From Octopus bimaculoides (taxonomy: Eukaryota), in NCBI RefSeq assembly GCF_001194135.2, contig NC_068991.1, positions 56,020,871-56,084,870 of the forward strand: a DNA stretch of 64,000 nt, read 5' to 3'. Of the stretch, positions 39,665 through 47,319 are shown in pieces. The notes beneath the pieces are model-generated. The model saw only the letters and a program-made list of their open reading frames with translations, had not been told where the DNA came from and ran no database searches. A program made the position numbers and the translations under genes. How positions within the stretch are numbered: the first letter of the stretch is position 1; each line of letters begins with the position of its first letter.

Positions 39665-42600
39665 TTTCCCAAACTGCTCAGTTTTAAAGATGTAAAGAAA
39701 CCAACTCTGGTTATCAAATAACAGAGGGAGACAAACACAAAGATACACACACACATGCCCCCACACACACACACATGCCCACACACACACACACATGCCC
39801 ACACACACACACAGACACACACAAAATGGGCTTCCACACAGTTTCCTTCAACCAAATCCACTCGTAAAACATTGGTTGACCAGGGTCTATAGTAGAAAAC
39901 ACTTGCCCAAGTGCTACATAGTGGGACTGAACCCAAGACCACATGGTTGCAAAGAGTTTATTAATTCAAAGTTAAATTGAAAAAAAAAAATTGTAATTGA
40001 TTTTCTGTCCAGTAAGACTGAAGTAATAGTTTTGTAAACAATTTTAAAGAGACTGTAGAGAATCTTGGTTACACTTGAAACAGAAAATATTTTAGTGGCG
40101 CTTGCCTAAAATAAAGATGATATTTAAGAGGTTAAATTGTAAAATGAGAATAATGGTTTGTAGTAAAATTGTGGAATAGACTAAATAGTTAGAAGTTATT
40201 TTGTAATTTCCTTAAATACTTTTACTTTTCTTTGTTTCAGTGGCCAACCTTAGCCACTGCCTTGAAGAATTTTAATCAAATGAATCAACCCCTTTTTTTT
40301 TTTTTCTAAAGTCTGGTACATTTTCTATTGGTCTCTTTTACTGAACTGCTTAAGTTATGGGTATGTAAGCACATCAACACCAGTTGCCAAGCAGTGGTGG
40401 AGACACAGACACACATAATACATTCATATATATGTGTGTATGTATGTATGTGTGTGTTTGTGCATACACATATGCGATGGGCTTCTTTCAATTTTTGTCT
40501 ACCAAATCCACTCACAAGGCTTTGGTTGACCCAAGGCTATAGCAGAAGACATGTGCTTAAGGTTCCATGAAGTGACACTGAACCCATAACTATGTGATTG
40601 GGAAGCAAACTTCTTACCATTGAGCCACATCTAGGAATAATAAATTCTTCACTTAAGTTACAAGAAGGCCGCTATGTTTTCAGTATTTAAATACTTCCTA
40701 GGTTAATTGCTTGTTATTTCTTATCTTAATATTGACAACATACTATTTAACTAATTTTAGGGTATTAGATTTAGCTAATGTTAAGGTAGTGAGCCTGCAG
40801 AATCAGATAAAATGCTTAGTACTTTTTCTTCTGGTTCTTTGATGTTCTGAGTTCAAATCCTGCTAAGGTAAACTTTGCCTTTCATCCCATCAGGGTTGAT
40901 AAAGGACCAGTCAAGTACTTGGGTCAATATAATGGACTTGCCCCTTTCCCTCAAAATTGAACCCTGCAATGAACTGATGCCTCATTCAAGGGGAATGTTA
41001 TGATCTTGGTCACTTATATCATGGAAACTGGGTAACCAGCCTTATGAGGCCTAGGGCTTGAGGGGGAAAATGGTATTAGAAGTATCTGAGAAAGTTACCA
41101 TAATCATTACTATTAATTCTCATAACCAGTACTTTTCTGTGATCTGACAAGCTATATACTCTAGCTGACTAAAAATATATTCAAAATTTCTAAACAGACC
41201 ACAGAGAAAACTAAAAGACTCATTGGTAAGCTTAGATGAAAGAATAACATTATTTTTTAGAATATTTACAAATATTTAAATAAAAGGCAAAAAAACGCAA
41301 CATGCAAATTGCTGAACTTTCAGATACCAAAATAGAATCAGAATATCAGCTGACATTTTCTTAAAGTGAAGATTGAACATTATCAATCTGTCATGAGCTG
41401 TCAGTGCTGTTTGAACAATTTTTATCATTATTTGATTGTATGTAGGGTCACAATTGAATTTATACCAATCAATATTTTTGACAACAGCAAAAATCATAAG
41501 TGAAACCAAAAGTCTTTATCAAAAAGGTGTAAAAACAAAACAAAAAGGGATTTTCTATTGAAACAAACTGTTTCCTGTTAAGTAATGCCTCATGAGCTTT
41601 TATAGTTCTTTGGTCTTCCTAAAAGCATTTTATCCCATTGCTCACAAACTTCGAAATTTGGTTGTTATTGCATTTGGTTTCTGTAAGTAGAGCACTTTCA
41701 GGGAAAAAAAACCCTTGAGATGAAGTGGGAAAGTTTTTATTTATATATGTATTTATTCAAAAGTATGCTCATTTGTAATATTGAAGGGAAGGGAATATAT
41801 TATAGTCCCTCATAAATAGTAATATTCCTACCACCAATCTATACTCAGTTTGATGTTTACCAAAAATACAAAGAACTTTATCATTATTTGATAGCACATA
41901 AGATGCACATTTTATCTAAAGAAAAATGTCTCAAAAAAATAATCCCAGGCCCTTTATGTGAAGTTGGGCCTCCCATAAGTTAATTTTGTCCCTGCTATTC
42001 AATACTATAGGCTAATTTTAATCCAGACAGTCTCTTCTACTTAGGCTATCTTGATAATAATTATGATATTTACTTAAGCATTATTATTATTATTACTTGC
42101 ACTGTAAAACGAATTATCACAACAATGATCTGGCAATGTTCACTAGTACTAGCTTTAATGCACTAAAAATTTGTTCTCTTGAATATACATTGCTGAAATT
42201 GGGGTGCATCGAATATGCTTGTGTGTCTCTTATGCTATCAAATACAGTAGTTATTTAGTTATGTATTAATGAAAAAAAAAAAAAAGATTACTTTTGAAAC
42301 CAATTTAAAGTTCAAACTTACACTTTATTTTCAGTTTCTATCAGTGATAAACTGTGTTCAGGTAATGCTGAAGTTGCCATTAATTGTATAGAAAGGCTTC
42401 ATGGTAGTGTTGCACCTGCCTTCTGTCTGAAAGTCCTTGGAACTCTGCTCATCTGTGATAACCAAGATATCAGGCAAGCTACTGGTAAGTAATATTGGAT
42501 TAAATTCTAATTACGAGTGTTTAAAATGAAGAATTGTCTTGTTAATTTTATCCCTCCAAATTTTCGCTTATGAGTGTATATGCTGATAACATAATGTAAC

Positions 42601-45600
42601 ATACTATATTATGTGATATAATAGAGATATAAACACAAAGAAACTCAGTGACATCTAGACTGAGGTACTGGACTACTTGTGTCATTGTGCTGTACCCTTC
42701 AGCAAAGCACCTAAATCTGTTTGCTTGACTGACCAAGCAGAAGGAAAAAAAAAAGTTTCACTCTATGGTTGAGTTGTTAGCTGTGAAAAGAAAAAGCATT
42801 TTCAAGTAACAGCACCAAAAATTAATCAACCAAGCCATGCAAGTATGGAAAAAGAGATGTAATACCAAAATGCTGTCTAACATGTCTTAACTACAGACAC
42901 ATAATTTTTTATGTAATTTAGAAAAGTATATGCCTTGTATCATTTCTGACTTAAAACTGTTTTTCCTTAACTCCTGTGAAAAAAAACAACAGTTTTTAAA
43001 AAAATATATGTGAATATGTATTTGTTAATCTTTATGTCCATCATGTGTCATGCTGTAGAGTTCTGCTCTCTAATTTATCAGGTTTTCTCTTCTATTGCTA
43101 ATGTAATAGACTTTTTTTTCCTGCTATTAAATGCTCTATACTATTGCAAAACTTGCTGAATGTATCCTGTTTCCACTTTGTTCTTATCCTTTACTATTTA
43201 CCTCTCTACTTCTGACCATCTCTACTGTATTTCTCTCTTCTAATCCCACTTCTAAATTCATGTAAATTAGACTTTGAGGAATACCACTTACTTCCCTTTA
43301 TATTTTCCTGTCATACCCTAACATGCAACTGTTGAAACAACACACTTTCTCCCACTAAGTAAATGTCATGGGAAGAGAGGCAGTACCCTTGCTCTTTGAA
43401 CCCGACTCTTCAAATTGATGTGGCTAATGTCCAATTTAAACAACAACAGAGAATAAAATATGAATGGAGAAAGAATGTGCAAGGGAAATTCAGTCTGAAT
43501 ATTTGCTGAGTGAATACCACTTGGTACTGAAGGATCAGTTAGCCATGTTAAACCAATCTCACTCATCTCACAAATTTCTAATCTATTAGTTTGATGCACA
43601 CTAATAAAATTTTCAGATTTTACCAGTTTTTTAATCGTGACATTACTTGTAAGTACTTCATTTTACTCTCATTCCATTCTTTCAGCATCTTACTTACGGA
43701 ATCTCCAGCAAAGCCGCCTTTCTCGTGATAAGGTTTGTATTCCAGACTTGTATGTTAGATGTGTTTCTTCTTATTTTTCATGTCCTTATATTTTTTTTTT
43801 TTTTATCCTTGAAGTTTATTAGCAGAATTTGAAAATCTGTTCATTTCATCTGTCTTTATGATCTGAGATCAAATGCCTCTAGGGTTGACTTTACTGTTCC
43901 CCCACCTGCAAATTGCTGGCTCTGTATCAAAATTTGAAACCAATTATACTGTCACGCTTGCATCTCTGTGAATAGTTATATTTTGTGAATATTTGACTTA
44001 TATCAATGGATCAAAATTTTGTTGGTTTATGGCAGTGCAATATTAACAGTAGAGGCAGAGGACTAGGATAATGAAAGAAGTATTAGCTTAACACAAACTT
44101 TTAACACTACGTTGTGAACTTAAAGATAATACTGGTTGACAGTGAAATGGCTGGAGATTACATTGTTGTGTCTCTAGTTATTCCAATTGCTCCAGTAACA
44201 ATTAGACTATACTTTGTTGAGGAGGTCCAGTACTACAAAAATAGGCTTGGCATTGTCACTCTACTGCTAAAGATCAAGCTCACATTCCATTCCATTCCAT
44301 TCCATAGGAAATTTTCTCTCTGTCTTTTTTTCACCAGAATCACTCATTTATAAAACAGTTGTTTTTATTATTAAGTGTGTAATTTTACTTACTACTGCAA
44401 GTATGCTACCATTCTTTTCCCTTTCATTTTTTAAATTTATGATGTCATTCTGTGATCATTCATGAAATTCCATATACTTCTCTAATTATCTAAGTTTTTT
44501 GAGATCAAAGGTTAGGCTAGGCTCTTTTGAGGAGGCCCAATAAGACTGAAACATATCCAGAGTTATTACAACACTGTTAAAGATCAAACTCACATGCTAC
44601 TGCATTCCGTATTTAATTCATTGTAATTTAAATTGTCTTCATCTGCCCTTTTTTTACCAATATTAATCAATTAGAAAATTATTGTTCTCTAACATTGTTA
44701 ATGCAAGTATTTTCTGACAAGATACTTATGCGAACATCTAATCAGTGGTATTGTTGGTGGAGCAGCTAGGTGTGTCAATGTATATACTCCATATATGGAT
44801 GTTTGTTGCCCATTTTTTGGCGAGTTCAGTGTTTATTTTAAAATAAGAACTCTTCACTATTGATATGCCATCCATTATCTAACCATTGAGCCCTCATGCT
44901 TTTGATAATCTGAATCATTAAGTTCATATTCCTTTATTATTCCAGTCACTGGTGGTATATGTTGAAGCTTTAGAAGACCAAACTGCTGAAGTACGGGCAG
45001 GAGCAGCTGTTGCATTATCTCTCTTACGGGTAAATTGTCTTTAACTTCACTGTCAATTTTGTTAATATCTCATGCACACAGATATCACACTTTTTCTTTC
45101 ATTGTTGTTCTTACTGTTGTTGCTATATAAGTAATGATTATAAATTTCATGTAAATATATTAAAGAATGTTTTTATTATATCTCTGTTATACTCCATCCA
45201 TCCATTTTCTCTGCCCACTATTTTTGGGAAGGGTCATAAGGGTAGTTTTTTTCAAGTACTTCCTCTGTAGGATCCTTTCAGAAGCAACTGTCATTGTGCT
45301 TTTTGGTTGGATTCCCAAGTATTACCAACTGAGACTATGGATATTATCCAACCACCTGGTTACCTGACAGCTCAGTTTGAAGAATGCCTTGTGATTCTTT
45401 CCTGCAACATTTTAATCACCTGTCCATAATACTAACTGAGCTGTGATCTATCAATGTGGAGAGGTCGTGGCTCAACTTGGAGAGACTCCGTGATCTCCAA
45501 GTTGTGCACCCTGCCAAGTAACATTATTTCAGAGATCCTTTGGAGGAATCCCATTTGGCCACTTGCAGTCACAATTGCACTCTTTTGATCACATCCCAGC

Positions 45601-47103
45601 ATTCATGACCGTAGGTGAGGATGAGCCTTTACTGTGCCAGCACCTGCAATTCTAGCATCCAGTGTAGCCTCCTGCTTCCCATCAGTTGTGACTATGCCCC
45701 TGAAGTACTTCTCCACTTGCTTCAGTGATGTTCTACTATCATGCAGAGTGCACTGGGAAAACGTTCTTCAGATGGCTAATGTGTCAGTCTTTGCAACACT
45801 AATTCTCTTCCCTGCCTTGCAGAACTTGGCAGCAAACCCATTCAGTGCATGCAAAAGATCACCGCCTGGTGAACCAAGTAGCACCACATCATCTACAAAT
45901 ATCAGCTGACTGATCCTACACCCACTGATTATAATACCACTTCTACATTGGCTGCATGTTGATCCAGTTCAAGGAAATTATAAAAAAGAAGAGGTGATAA
46001 TATGCACCCCTGCCATAGTCCAACACCTACATTGAAAAATTTTGACTTAATACCATTTACCTGAACACCATGTAAGAACTCTGTAGAAAAAGGAACCCCA
46101 GCCAAGTATGGAAGAGACCTTCTTGTTAGGAAGTTGATGGATGGTCTGCCAGAATATTTTATTGGTCAATCTAAAGTCACAGCCCAACATACCTGCAAAA
46201 TCCTCCCAAAATTTAGCCTTGGGTGCTTTTACTGTTTCCATGGCAACTTTTCATGCCTCAGTGTATTATATATGCAGAAAGGGAGACTTATTTCTAATCT
46301 GAGCTTTTTAAGCCACCTTATTTGCTCAAATGGCATCTATAACTTCCTGGTTAGACTAGGATGTTCTTTTACCACCTGGCACCACACTGAGCCACTTTTG
46401 TTCATAGTATTGCATAGCCAAAGAAGAAACTGTCAAACAGAACAATTTCCATTCCATTTTGACATCTTCAGTTTGTTCTGGAAGGTTTCTAAATTTGGAT
46501 GCAATAGTATCTACATATTTGTTTCTTATTCCATCATCCCTTGGGGTTTCTCACTTTATCCTGTTAGTCACCCTGGACAGTTTTGCAGTTTTGTGAGTTC
46601 CCCTTGTAGATATTTTCAGGTTGCAGATAACTGGGTAGTGATCAGTTGATAGCTTAGCCTCTCTCTTTACACGAACACCCAGCTCAGAATCAAAGACATC
46701 TGAGCAATAACAAAATTTGTCAGTGACCTCTTCTCCCTATATCAGACATACTTATGGATATCACTGTGTTGGAAAGAGATGTTTATGATAGAGAGCTCGT
46801 TTCCAGCATAGAAGTCTAGTAAGACCCTTCCATTCCATTGAGTTCAGTGATCAGCGCCAACATGTGCATTGAAATCTTCTTGTAAGACAAATGACTCTGT
46901 TATACTGATATTTGAAATTAAGTCTTTTATACAGTTCTAGATTTAAGAGATGAGGAATTATGTACATTATTTACATTTGACGGATATTTGTCCTCATCTT
47001 GTTTGTTGTTTAACACGTTTCAGCTGATATACCCTCCAGGCTTCTTCAGGTGTCTTGGGGAAATTTCGAACCTGGGTTCTCATTCCTAAGGTATTTTTCG
47101 TTG

Positions 47104-47152
<49 letters not shown>

Positions 47153-47280
47153 TCACTGCCTGGAATTGAACTTGGAATCTTGGGGTTAATAGCCCGCAAT
47201 CTTAACCTTGGGCATGTGGCGTAGTAGTTAAGAGCGTGGGCTACTAACCCAAACATTCCAAGTTCGATTCCAGGCAGTGA

Positions 47281-47319
<39 letters not shown>

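Noticed and set aside
47200-47285. tRNA-like sequences here and at 33775-33849 and 63933-64000
   Set aside because: A and B boxes are present but no acceptor stem closes, and they run into repeat bodies. These are SINE heads, not tRNA genes.
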